A stretch of DNA of 64,000 nucleotides from Haliotis rufescens. Lineage: Eukaryota. The position numbers and the translations under genes are program-made. The notes under the pieces are model-generated. The model made no database searches. It had not been told where the DNA came from and saw only the letters and a program-made list of their open reading frames with translations. This document shows, one piece after another, positions 49,965-62,930 of this stretch. The stretch spans positions 6,882,001 through 6,946,000 of the forward strand of contig NW_025963813.1 of the NCBI RefSeq assembly GCF_023055435.1, in the 5' to 3' direction. How positions within the stretch are numbered: position 1 is the stretch's first letter; each line of letters begins with the position of its first letter.

Positions 49965-50240
49965 ACTGAGTGAGTGAGTTGGGTTTAACGCCGCTTTTAA
50001 CAGTAATCCGCTAATATCACGGAGTGTCAGTTTAATGTGGGAGGAAAGCCCAAAGTGATGCAGGTCTCAGACGTTTACCACTTCGGTGAAACCCACGAGC
50101 ACGGGTATGGTGCTGACAAACCTAGAAACATAATCGAGGCAAACCGGGATTCGAACCCACAATCATAGGTTTTTGGAGTGCCCAAGGGACGCAACTCTGT
50201 ACAGCGAATTGCGGCGCCTTAGACGACTGGGCCACACGTG
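49965..50240 (-). mobile_element. SINE family C, full length
   Basis: Closely matches 36443-36716. Confidence 0.82.
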
Positions 50241-51005
50241 CCTCCTTAGTCAAATCGAACCTGCCAGTCATGTGATCACATCGACGACCACTGGTGTGTA
50301 TGGTATGCATAAGGGACGGCGCCATGGACGGCGCCATGGACGGCTTGGTCACCCGTAACCCCGGTTACCTATGAACATGTGAACAAAAGTCCAGTTAAAA
50401 TGCGGCAGTGAATGTTCATAGCGCTTCAAATTGCATTCTCTTCAAATAAGAGTGAAACTTCCAGTTGTGACCTTTTACAAAATATAGATTACCGTGAGAC
50501 TTCTACAGGAAACAACACTATCCATCACCTCAGTTCTGGATCATGACCAAGGATCCCGTTTCATGAAACTCCCAACTCCCTCGCGCCGTCACCAATGAAA
50601 ATTCGCACCCAAGCGACAGATGATTTTTCTTGTAATGATTTCCTAATTTTATCAGAGATATCTTTGTGTAATACGATTAGAACATTACCGCAAGTATTAT
50701 CTTTGGGGTTACGAGACCCTAAATGTACGGGGTGTTCGCAAAACGGAGTTTGTTGAAAGAACCTGTTGAACTGGTGTTGGTTTGTCAGGCTTGGTGACTT
50801 GGTCGATTGCATGTCAGTGGGCCCTAATGACGTGTATCCTTTGGCACGATTTCACGTGAAAATATAGAAGTTACCTTACATTTCATCTTTGAAACAACTA
50901 CATATGGCATTAGTGGTTATGTAATAGACATATTATGCAAGCGGTGTAAGCTTGTCAATGATATTTCTTGAATTGTCAATATGATGATGGCACCTATCTG
51001 AAATA

Positions 51006-51178
51006 CTGACTGACTGACTGACTGAGTATGGTTTTACGCCGCTTTTAGCAATATTCCAGCAATATCACGGCGGGGGACACCAGAAATGGGCTTCACACAT
51101 TGTACCCATGTCGGGAATCGAACCCGGGTCTTCGGCGTGACGAGCGAACGCTTTAACCACTAGGCTACCCGACCGCCC
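51006..51178 (-). mobile_element. SINE family A, young full-length copy with 13-bp TSD
   Basis: Almost identical to 28865-29032; TSD CCTATCTGAAATA at 50993-51005 and 51179-51191; tail variant (AGTC)n. Confidence 0.92.
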
Positions 51179-52282
51179 CCTATCTGAAATAGCATTGACC
51201 GATATTTCGCTATATCTAAGAGTAACATATTTGTCACTTTATGTGCATGGGTACTTCATTTGAACCTATAATTGACTATACTACTACAGCAGTAAATATT
51301 CATTCAACGTGAATAAAAGTGTTAAAAGCAAAGTTCATTGTACAATTCCAACTGTATCGTGACAAACGAATTTGTATTTATGAATCACTATTAAATAGTG
51401 ATGATACCAGATGTTCTAGAAAAGATGAGCGTATCCTACCCCACCGGTAGCACCCGTCACAAACACATGCAAAGGCAATTAAATTACACACCTAAAACAC
51501 GAAAACATATGGTACAAAGCAAGATAGGGAATTGCATCAGATTATCACTGATGCGTCAAATTTGGAAAGGTACTCAAAATGTCTGCCATAAAACCCTTTG
51601 AAAGGTTGACTAAGGCCTTGATAGTTTTAACCCTGATCAAATACCTTTTGAGCAAGAGTCGTACGACACTCTGTGAAAACATAGCCTTATATTAGCATCA
51701 CTCGGGGATCCCCCTCCACATTAAGCGCAATATAACTGATATACAGATCAAAGAGGCGTTAAAATAAACCACTCACACACTCACTCAAATACCAACCCAT
51801 ACGCCCACCCACTCACAGTCCACTCGCTGTTCACTCACATGTATACTTAAAGACCCATGCAATAACCATGTTCCCCAGGTTGTGAGACTAAAATAGACTG
51901 AGCTACCGGTGTCCCAATTCTCACACTGCAAGACCGACACAATCAATTTGTTTTACTTTTATGGTTTCAGCATATTTCCAAATGATTAATCGTAGAGATA
52001 TATTCAATAAATTCACAAATCAACACATGTGACAGGCTGAATATGCTTTCCTCTCCGTCTCTGAGACAGATTTGCTTTTTATGAACATAATTCACCCTTG
52101 GTGTCAAAACAATATCCTTTTTCAGCTTACTGTGCACTTCACTATAGAATTAGCAAATACCTACCAGTGGTCCCTAAAATGTATTGACGACTATTAATGC
52201 CTTTGTGAAATGTGTTTCCATACTTTCACAACAATAAGCTTCACAGTAGAGGGTGTACCAGCAGTTTCTTGAGAACTTTACC

Positions 52283-55200
52283 ATGGCTCGTGTGGCTGCT
52301 CTTGTCCTCTTGGTGGTCGTTCTGGCTCAGTTGGGTTCGTCCCAGGACGTCAACGCAAAAAAGGGTAAGTAAGATTGTTGTCGCCCAACATGTGTTTGTT
52401 TAAACAATTAAGGTACGTGTGATTAATTTGTATGTGTATATGGGTGGGCCTGTCCACTGGTGTTTGACCTGGGTGTGTTAGGGAATGTGTGTGGGGAGAG
52501 AACTGTGTGTGTGGATGTGTGTGGATGTGGGTGTGTTTGTGCTTGTGCGTGTGCTTGTGCTTGTGCTTGCGTGTGTGTGTGTGTGTGTGTGTGAGTTCGT
52601 CTTGGTGGGTGTCGGTTTTGATGTTTTTATGTGTAAGTATTTTTAGTGTTAAAATATTGTAGTAATTGTCTGTGGCAGCAAACTATTAAAATGTTTGTAA
52701 AAAATATCAAGTTCTACCATGGCCGTATTTGAATCGCAGTATCGCAGCGGGAATGAACCTCTTGCTCCCCGAACAAAGGTTGTATTCATTACACCAAGGA
52801 GGCGGTTGTTTGTTTGTTTGTTTGTTTGTTGTTTAACGCCACAGTCAGCAATATTCCAGCTATATGACGGCTGTCTGTAAATAATCGCTTCTGGACAAGA
52901 CAATCCAGTGATTAATATCATGAGCATCGATCATGAGCATCGAAAATAAGAATAACTATTTATGTAGCTCATTAGTGATAAACGTTTTATTTCAGGAGAC
53001 AAAGATGAGAAAAAAGTTGCTTCATCACTCAAGAAACTACAAGCGCAAATGAAAGGGGCAACACAAAAGTTGGAAAAATGTAAGCTACCACTTCCTCCTA
53101 CATCATTTACATAAGTGCGTTGTCCGCATACTTTACAACAATGACAACCATGAACATGACAGCCCTGACAACCATGACAACCATGAACATGACAGCCCTG
53201 ACAACCATGACAACATGACAACCATGACCATCCTGACCATGACAACCATGACAACCATGACGACCATGACAACCATGACAGCCATGACAACAATGACAAC
53301 CAAGACAACCATGACGAACATGACAACCATGACAACAACGACAGCCCTGACAACCATGACAACCATGACCATGACAGCCCTGACAACCATGACAACCCTG
53401 ACAATCATGATAATATTGACCATGACAACCATTACGACCATGACAGCCATGACAACCATGACAACCCTGACAACCATGACAATCCTGACCATGACAGCCA
53501 TGACAACCATGACAACCATGACGAACATGACAGACATGACAACCATGACAACCACGACAGCCCTGACAACCATGACAACCATGACAGACATGACAATCTT
53601 GACAATCATGATAATATTGACCATGACAACCATGATAACCATGACGACCAAGACAGCCATGACAACCCTGACAATCATGACAACCATGACAGCAATGACA
53701 ACAATGACAACCAAGACAACCATGACGAACATGACAGACATGATAACCATGACAACCATGACAACCATGAAAGCCCTGACAACCATTACAACCATGACAA
53801 CCATGACGACCATGCCAGCCATGACAACCATGACAGCCATGACAATCATGACCATGACGAACATGGCAGACATGACAACCATGGCAGCCCTGACAACCAT
53901 GACAACCATGACAACCATGACAACAATGACGACCATGACGATCTTGCCAGCCATGTCAGCCATGACAACCATGACAACCCTGACACCCATGACAACCATG
54001 ATACACAATAGCTTCCTCTTTTACACATTTTACGCCTTTAAGTTCTTGGATGAACGGCGAAATACATTGAAACAGCATTCTAGTCACGGCGTGGCAAGTT
54101 CGAGGAGAGCATGACTAAAGTATGACGTGTGTCGTCGACGTTTACCACTTTGGTAAAACCCAAAAGCACGGGAATGTTACTTGATGACCAATGAACATTT
54201 GTAGCACGAACAACAACCTTGACCATAACTTGTAAGTAAATACATCACTCTTCGAAAGAAACATCCCCTAAATGGCATGTACCGACCAAATCGCGGCGTA
54301 AATGCAAACGGAGCGCAACCGGAACGCGACTGGGCCGCGACCATATCAGACCATGAAGCCACCACGCATGAGAAGCTACAGTTCAAAATGTGCAAACAAA
54401 AGCGACAAAACCTTGTTATTAAATAGCGATAAAAACAATACCTCTCAACTCCCTTCTCTTATGTTCGATAAGACTTGATACATTATGCTCCCAAATCCTA
54501 GAGTAATCTTCAACGACCGTATCCTCACAAGATGACATCCATCCGACGAACAACCGGAAAGCGACCTCAATGCGATCATATCAAATCGTGATGGAGACTT
54601 GAAAAATACAACATGTGTCCTGTCCGTATCCTGACCAATCGACTCATGTCCAGAAATACTTTGCAACGGTCTTGATCCAAGTAACATTTGTTTTGACTAG
54701 CACTGTGTTTAGCCCAGTGGCAAATGTGTATTTGTTATGCATATATAAATATTAAGAAGTAATTGTCAACCCAGTTGAGTTAACTGCTACGACTGTTTTA
54801 AATAATGATGAAACAATTCTGTCATGGTTGAGAATGAAACCGTTTTTGTCAACCAACTTAGCCATCTGTTCTGGTCCTAACTTATGTCAGGGTTGGATCA
54901 TCCTTGTCATAAACATGTACGATTTCTTTGTTGTAGAATGTGCTATTAATGTGTTATTATGCCTTTAAACGCGGCGTGGAAGAACTTTCTTAAATCCTTT
55001 TTCTTATTTACAGTTAAGACTCTTCAAGGTGAAATGAAAGCCTTAGGGAAAAGCCAAAAGAAAATGACTAAACGTGCTGATAAATTGGAAAACAAGCTTA
55101 AAGGTGAGCTACTTTTTTCCAAATCATTCAAAAATGTCATGAACCACGCAGTGCTAATTAAATTGAAAGCATTGTGAAACAGAAACAGTTTATGCTCTCC

Positions 55201-58200
55201 AAACCACCTGCGGTGAAGTAGGTATCTGTGTAGTGGATACAATCAAAGTCTATGAAACAAATCATCGTTACACAAACTGCTTTATTACCTTTATGGTATA
55301 ATAAGATGCATGTTTCTTATCCTTATTGTAGTGATTTATAATATTACCATCGCAGCCATATCCCGAAGTGTGTCCCAGATTAGGTGAGGTTAGTTTGAGA
55401 CCGCTTTGAACAGTATTGATGTGGGGGAGGGAGTGAGTCAGTTGCGCTTAACGCCGATTTTAAAAGTATTCCAATTTTATATAACGGCGTGTCAGCTAAA
55501 TGTTGGAGGAAAGCTCGAAGTTATGCATGTTTTACACGTTTACCACTTTGGTGAAACCCACGATCACGTGTATTGTGCTGACAAACCTAGAAACATAATC
55601 GAAAATGGCATCCAGACCCATGATCAAAGGTTCCTTGCAATCCTAAGGGAAGCAACTCTGCTCAGCGAGACACATATGAATCCCTTAAGGAGTCTTAACG
55701 TCACTCTGGTGTATCGATACTCTGCTTGTCTCGCAATACAGCAAACTCGACATGTGCTGCTTGAATCCAGGATTTTGAATTTACTCGCTTTTATTCTATT
55801 TGTAAAATGTGAACTTCATGTCACGATAAAAATAAGAATAACTATGTATGTAGCTCATTAGTGATAAACGTTTTATTTCAGGAGACAAAGATGAGGAAAA
55901 AGTTGCTTCATCACTCAAGAAATTACAAGCGCAAATGAAAGAGGCAACAAAAAAGTTGAAAAAATGTAAGCTACCTCTTACTCCTACATAATAATTTACA
56001 ACCATGAGAACCATGAAACAACGACAGCCCTGACAACCATGACAACTCTTACAATCATGACGAACATGACAGACATGACAACCATGACAACTTTGACAAC
56101 CATGACGACCATGACAACAATCACAACCATGACAGCCCTGACAACCATGACATCCCTGACAACCATGACCTCCCTGACAACCCTGACACCCATGACAACC
56201 ATGACAGCCATGACAACCATGACAACCATGACATCCCTGACAACAATGACAACGGTGACAGCCCTGACAACCATGACAACCATGATACACAATAGCTTCC
56301 TCTTTTACACATTGTACGCCTTAAGTTCTTGGATGAACGGCGAAATACTTTAAAACAGCATTCTAGTCACGGCGTGGCAAGTTCGAGGAGAGCATGACTA
56401 TAGTATGACGTGTGTTGTCGACGTTTACCACTTTGGTAAAACCCAAAAGCACGGGAATGATGCTTGTTGACCAATGGACATTTGTAGCACGAACAACCTT
56501 GACCGTAACTTGCAAGTAAATACACTACTCTTCGAAAGAAACATCCCCTAAATGGCATGTACCGACCACTTCGCGGCGCAAATGCAAACGGAGCGCAACC
56601 GAAACGCAACCCGGAACGCGACCGGAACGCGACCATATCAAACCATGCAGCCACCACGCATGAGAAGCTACAGTTCAAAATGTGCAAACAAAAGCGACAA
56701 AAACTTGTTATTAAAAAGCGATAAAAACACTACCTGTCAACACCTTCTCTTATGTTCGATAAGACTTGATACATTATGCTCCCAAAAACTAGAGTAATCT
56801 CCAATGACCGTATCCTCACAAGATGACATCCATCCGACGCACAACCGGAAAGCGACCTCAATGCGATCATATCAAATCGTGATGGAGACTTGAAAAATAC
56901 AACATCGTGTCCTGTCCGTATCCTGACCAATCGACTCATGTCCTGAAATACTTTGCAACGGTCTTGATCCAAGTAACATTTGTTTTGACTAGCACTGTGT
57001 TTAGCCCAGTGGCAAATGTGTATTTGTTATGCATATATAAATATTAAGAAGTACTTGTCAACCCAGTTGAGTTAACTGCTACAACTGTTTTAATTTATGA
57101 TGAAACAATTCTGTCATGTTTGAGAATGAAACCGTTTTTGTCAATCAACTTAGCCATCTGTTCTGGTCCTAACTTATGTCAGGGTTGGATCATCCTTGTC
57201 ATATACATGTACGATTTCTTTGTTGTAGAATGTGCTATTAATGTGTTATTATGCCTTTAAACGCGGTGTGTAGGAGCTTTCTTAAATCCTTTTTCTTATT
57301 TACAGTTAAGACTCTTCAAGGTGAAATGAAAGCCTTAGGGAAAAGCCAAAAGAAAATGACTAAACGTGCTGATAAATTGGAAAACAAGCTTAAAGGTGAG
57401 TTACTTTTTTCCAAATCATTCAAAAATGTCATGAACCACGCAGTGCTAATTAAATTGAAAGCATTGTGAAACAGAAAGCAGAAACAGTTTATTCTCTCCA
57501 AACTACCGGCGGTGAAGTAGGTATCTGTGTAGTGGATACAATCAAAGTCTATGAAACAAATCATCGTTACACAAACTGCTTTATTACCTTTATGGTATAA
57601 TAAGATGCATGTTTCTTATCCTTATTGTAGTGATTTATAATATTACCATCGCAGCCATATCCCGAAGTGTGTCCCAGATTAGGTGAGGTTAGTTTGAGAC
57701 CGCTTTGAACAATATTGATGTGGGGGAGGGAGTGAGTCAGTTGCGCTTAACGCCGATTTTAAAAGTATTCCAATTTTAAATAACGGCGTGTCAGCTAAAT
57801 GTTGGAGGAAAGCTCGAAGTAATGCATGTTTTACACGTTTACCACTTTGGTGAAACCAACGATCACGTGTATTGTGCTGACAAACCTAGAAACATAATCG
57901 AAAATGGCATCCAGACCCATGATCAAAGGTTCAATGCAATCCTAAGGGAAGCAACTCTGCTCAGCGAGACACATATGAATCCCTTAAGGAGTCTTAACGT
58001 CACTCTGGTGTATCGATACTCTGCTTGTCTCGCAATACAGCAAACTCGACATGTGCTGCTTGAATCCAGGATTTTGAATTTACTCGCTTTTATTCTATTT
58101 GTAAAATGTGAACTTCATGTCACGATAAAAATAAGAATAACTATGTATGTAGCTCATTGGTGATAAACGTTCTATTTCAGGAGACAAAGATGAGAAAAAA

Positions 58201-61200
58201 GTTGCTTCATCACTCAAGAAACTACAAGCGCAAATGAAAGAGGCAACAAAAAAGTTGAAAAAATGTAACCTACCTCTTACTCCTACATAATAATTTACAA
58301 CCATGAGAACCATGAAACCACGACAGCCCTGACAACCATGACAACCCTTACAATCATGACAACCATGACGAACATGACAGACATGACAACTTTGACAACC
58401 ATGACGACCATGACAGCCATGAAAACCATGACAGCCCTGACAACCATGACATCCCTGACAACCATGACCTCCCTGACAACCATGACAGCCCTGACACCCA
58501 TGACAACCATCACAACCATGACATCCCTGACAACCATGACATCCCTGACAACCATGACAACGATGACAGCCCTGACAACCATGACAACCATGATACACAA
58601 TAGCTTCCTCTTTTACACATTGTATGCCTTTAAGTTCTTGGATGAACGGCGAAATACTTTAAAACAGCATTCTAGTCTCGGCGTGGCAAGTTCGAGGAGA
58701 GCATGACTATAGTATGACGTGTGTTGTCGACGTTTACCACTTTGGTAAAACCCAAAGGCACGGGAATGATGCTTGTTGACCAATGGACATTTGTAGCACG
58801 AACAACCTTGACCGTAACTTGCAAGTAAATACACTACTCTTCGAAAGAAACATCCCCTAAATGGCATGTACCGACCACTTCGCGGCGCAAATGCAAACGG
58901 AGCGCAACCAAAACGCAACCCGGAACGCGACCGGAACGCGACCATATCAAACCATGAAGCCACCACACATGAGAAGCTACAGTTCAAAATGTGCAAACAA
59001 AAGCGACAAAACCTTGTTATTAAAAAGCGATAAAAACACTACCTGTCAACACCTTCTCTTATGTTCGATAAGACTTGATACATTATGCTCCCAAATCCTA
59101 GAGTAATCTCCAATGACCGTATCCTCACAAGATGACATCCATCCGACGCACAACCGGAAAGCGACCTCAATGCGATCATATCAAATCGTGATGGAGACTT
59201 GAAAAATACAACATCGTGTCCTGTCCGTATCCTGACCAATCGACTCATGTCCTGAAATACTTTGCAACGGTCTTGATCCAAGTAACATTTGTTTTGACTA
59301 GCACTGTGTTTAGCCCAGTGGCAAATGTGTATTTGTTATGACATATAAATATTAAGAAGTACTTGTCAACCCAGTTGAGTTAACTGCTACAACTGTTTTA
59401 ATTTATGATGAAACAATTCTGTCATGGTTGAGAATGAAACCGTTTTTGTCAATCAACTTAGCCATCTGTTCTGGTCCTAACTTATGTCAGGGTTGGAATC
59501 ATCCTTGTCATAAACATGTACGATTTCTTGGTTGTAGAATGTGCTATTAATGTGTTATTATGCCTTTAAATGCGGTGTTGGGGAGCTTTCTTATATCCTT
59601 TTTCTTATTTGCAGTTAAGACTCTTCAAGGTGAAATGAAAGCCTTAGGGAAAAGCCAAAAGAAAATGACTAAACGTGCTGATAAGTTGGAAAACGAGCTT
59701 AACGGTTAGCTACCTTTTTCCAAATCATTCAAAAATGTCATGAACCACGCAGTGCTAATTAAATTGAAAGCATTGTGAAACAGAAGCAGAAACAGTTTAT
59801 TCTCTCCAAACCACCTGCGGTGAAGTAGGTATCTGTGTAGTGGATACAATCAAAGTCTATGAAACAAATCATCGTTACACAAACTGCTTTATTTATATAG
59901 CAGTGCTATTTAAATGGAAAGCATTGTGAAACAGAAACAAACAGATACAAAACAGTACAAAAGAATTATCATGTACTCAAAAAATATTAATATGTGACAC
60001 GAAGACAGAATGTCATGTATGGATATATGATATCTTTTCTGTTTTGTGTTTTCGTACTGCTTTAAATATTTCATCGATAAATCTCGACAGGATCTTAAGA
60101 TCCCAGCGTTTGTGACTGTGACCTCTTAAATGTATACAAATTAGACCATTTATTCCGATCAGGAAGTGGTAAGTGTACAAGTCTATGTTTCAATAGAGCC
60201 TGGCATCTAAACAGTTAATGAAATTCGTCTGCAACTGAAGGAGAGTTGCACAGTTCAAAAACATGATCTTCTTTCTTTACATTTTTCCAAAGACCGGTTT
60301 TAATTGGTAAATTATGGTTGCCTGTGCTGAATTTTAAGATTGGAATATACATATTTGTGTCATTTAAAGATGGCTTTCAAATTTTGGTTTATCTGTCAGA
60401 TACTGACAAATGTAACCTTTACTTCTCAGTGCCATGTTGCATCTCCATTCTTGTACGAATAGTTCCTGTTGTACCTCGCCTACAATAGCCACCAGCCATG
60501 TGGTATTACAGGTAATAGGGTTGCAGAATATGTGTGTTAGTCTACAGTTATTTAATATAGTTTTAATCATGATTCAGTTTAAAAGGGTGATAAATCATCT
60601 GTGAAAGTTTCTTTTCACACAGAGGTTTTGCAATGTTATAACATGATTTTATTACACGTTTTGAGATAGTTATGTGTATAGGTTCCCTGCATACTTCACC
60701 ACAAACCATACAATTTGGAGTTAATGCTTTTTAGCAAGAACTAAATATTAGAAATTTAAAAAGAGCTCGCTCAGTAATATGTAAATTTTCGTATCCCCAT
60801 ATTTCTGAACCATATAACATTTAGTTTGTTGTTTAACGCCGCACTCGGCACTTTTCCAGCTATATGACGGCGGTGAACCATATAACAAGATAGGTGACAC
60901 CATAGAATGAAAATCCGAGATAAGGCAATCGAGAGGTAAATTAATATTTCCTGCTCTCTAAAGGAGACACTAGTTGGCTTTACTGGCATTAGAGGCAATA
61001 GATTTATTTGCACTTAGCATCCTTTGATTTCTATGGAATGATATGCCCAGGAAAACATAGCTATCTACTATCTCCAGATGTTTTCCACCAAACATAAACT
61101 GGGGTTTACTTCGTTAAGCAGGGCCACTGACAAACATAATATTTTTGTTTTCTAAATGTTAACATCTGATTTCCATTAAGTGCAGGATATTCTAAACAAA

Positions 61201-62428
61201 TCAAGGGTTTTCTGAAAAAATCGGTGGGGCATATACTTTATAAGACTGTATCATCACCACACAGTAAAGTTATTGTAATAATAAGGTTGCATCATCACCA
61301 GGATTGTAATCAACATTAACATCGTGACTCTTGTGTTCCAATAGAGATTACTATAGGTCATTCATATACAATGAAAATAGTTATGGGGATAAACTTTCTC
61401 CTTGTCTAACTCCCTAAAGGCTTGCGAAAAATCTGACATTTTTATCAATAATTGTGACTGTATTCATGATTTGTTTTTTCTTTTACTGTTCGATATCAGG
61501 CTCAATGTAATTCACCTCACTCTTATTCTTGTTTAGATCGTTCCAAAATTCACGTGGACTATGTTTTCGTGTGGCTCTAAATATATTGTACGAATCGTTT
61601 CTTTGTTTCTCTGTATGTTTGTGTGAGCATTTCCTATATCCCTCGGAAAAGCTTTGAATTTTAAGTAGTGTTAGTTTTCTTTAATTTCTTTTGTGCCTAG
61701 AAGTTATTCCTTGTTTTTTACATTCGTGGTTTTTGCTTTCCTTTTGTTGGAGCTTCCGCATCACGGCAGTAACAACGTCTCATCCCGAATGTTGCACGTG
61801 CAGCGTCGACAAGCATATGTGTGATTTCGTTTGCTATCTCATTCATGGTGACTCCAAAACGCGATGACCTTGTTAGTTAGACAAGACTCGGTTTCTTCAG
61901 ATAGATCAAAACATATCTTGCTTTCAGTATTGATTTCTCATATGGTAAGGGCTTAAGTTCACAACCAGAGTTATTTTCCCCATTTCTGTCGTGCGGTTTT
62001 GATTTTCTGAACATTTTGATTGATCTTATTGGGCAGTGTACATCTGAAAACAGTGAGCAGCAACTTTTGATTTCAAAACCTTTAAATAAAGGCACATTGT
62101 CGATGAGATAACACGTTGCCTCTCATCGGGTGGTGATCGGGCTGGAGTTTGGTTGGGGTGGGATTGGTTGCATACGTGTTGGTAAAACCAGTCTTTGGTT
62201 AAACCAGCTCATCATCGTAGCGAATTTGGGGTGCGAACCCTTGAGTAGGGTAGTGAACTGCCTCTTGATTACTGTATTATCAACAGATCACTCCATATCA
62301 ATCTTGGAGGAATGTCCTGTTTTCATATTTTGTAGGTCTTGGGAAATTAATGAAGAACCTGAAAGCAGTAGCAAAGAATGACCGAATAAACCAAAAGAGA
62401 CTGCAATTTATTGAAGCGGCTATGAAAG
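52283..62428 (+). CDS. Secreted Lys-rich coiled-coil protein, 5' part only (no stop codon found in window)
   Basis: join(52283..52364,52996..53079,55014..55103,55882..55965,57306..57395,58181..58264,59615..59704,62336..62428,...); every intron GT-AG and phase 1. MARVAALVLLVVVLAQLGSS|QDV signal, then 3 x (GDKDEKKVASSLKKLQAQMKGATQKLEK + FKTLQGEMKALGKSQKKMTKRADKLENKLK) and GLGKLMKNLKAVAKNDRINQKRLQFIEAAMK, with 3-4 hydrophobic spacing. Confidence 0.8.
52806..52941 (-). mobile_element. SINE family B, truncated 3' half
   Basis: (TTTG)n tail and body, cut off at the left edge of the triplicated segment. Confidence 0.8.
53135..54002. repeat. 9-bp satellite (CCATGACAA)n, intronic, unit 1
   Basis: ~870 bp of degenerate 9-mers; source of the Thr/Met, Val/Met and Cys/His/Gly pseudo-ORFs. 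Confidence 0.95.
55997..56286. repeat. 9-bp satellite, unit 2
   Basis: ~290 bp, same motif. Confidence 0.95.
58296..58594. repeat. 9-bp satellite, unit 3
   Basis: ~300 bp, same motif. Confidence 0.95.
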
Positions 62429-62462
62429 GTATTTACAAACCGTACTCTTCGTGGGCATGATC

Positions 62463-62930
62463 GACCCGTGAAGTTCCGGGGTAGAATAGATCTTTAGCAA
62501 CCCATGCTTGCCATAATTAGAGGCGACTAACGGGATCGGGTGGTCAGGCTCGCTGACATGGTTGATGCTTGTCATGTATCCCAATTGCGTGAATCGATGC
62601 TTATGATATCAATCACTGGATTGTCTGGTTCATACTCGATTATTTACACACCGCCGTTACATAGCTTGAATACTGTTAAACACCAAAGAAACAAACAAAC
62701 AAAATCGTAAGCATGATAATAACCGAGTGTTGGTTAAAACACATTTGTTTGTTCGTTGTTTAACGCAGCACTCGCCAATGTTCAAGCTATATGAGGGCGG
62801 CTTGTAAATAACTGAGTCAGAATCAGTAAACCATTGATAGATATAATGACATGGAACCAACCAAGTCACCGAGCCTCACCACCCAATCCTATTAGTCACC
62901 TTGTATGACAAGCATGAGTTACTGGGGCCA
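62463..62930. mobile_element. Two SINE family B copies, tail-to-tail (62463-62702 +, 62745-62930 -)
   Basis: First is full length from GACCCGTGAAG; second is an older reverse copy. Confidence 0.8.

Larger units (their letters stand above)
52942..59893 (+). repeat. Tandem triplication of a ~2.3-2.9 kb intragenic segment
   Basis: Exon A at 52996, 55882, 58181; exon B at 55014, 57306, 59615; intron sequence nearly identical between units apart from SNPs, small indels and satellite length. Confidence 0.95.

Noticed and set aside
53133-54114. 299-aa Thr/Met and 291-aa Val/Met ORFs
   Set aside because: Translations of a 9-bp satellite inside an intron; open on both strands simply because of the period.
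55796-58598. Metallothionein-like Cys-His-Gly ORFs on the - strand
   Set aside because: Reverse frame of the same satellite, antisense to supported exons; repeat length is not conserved between units.
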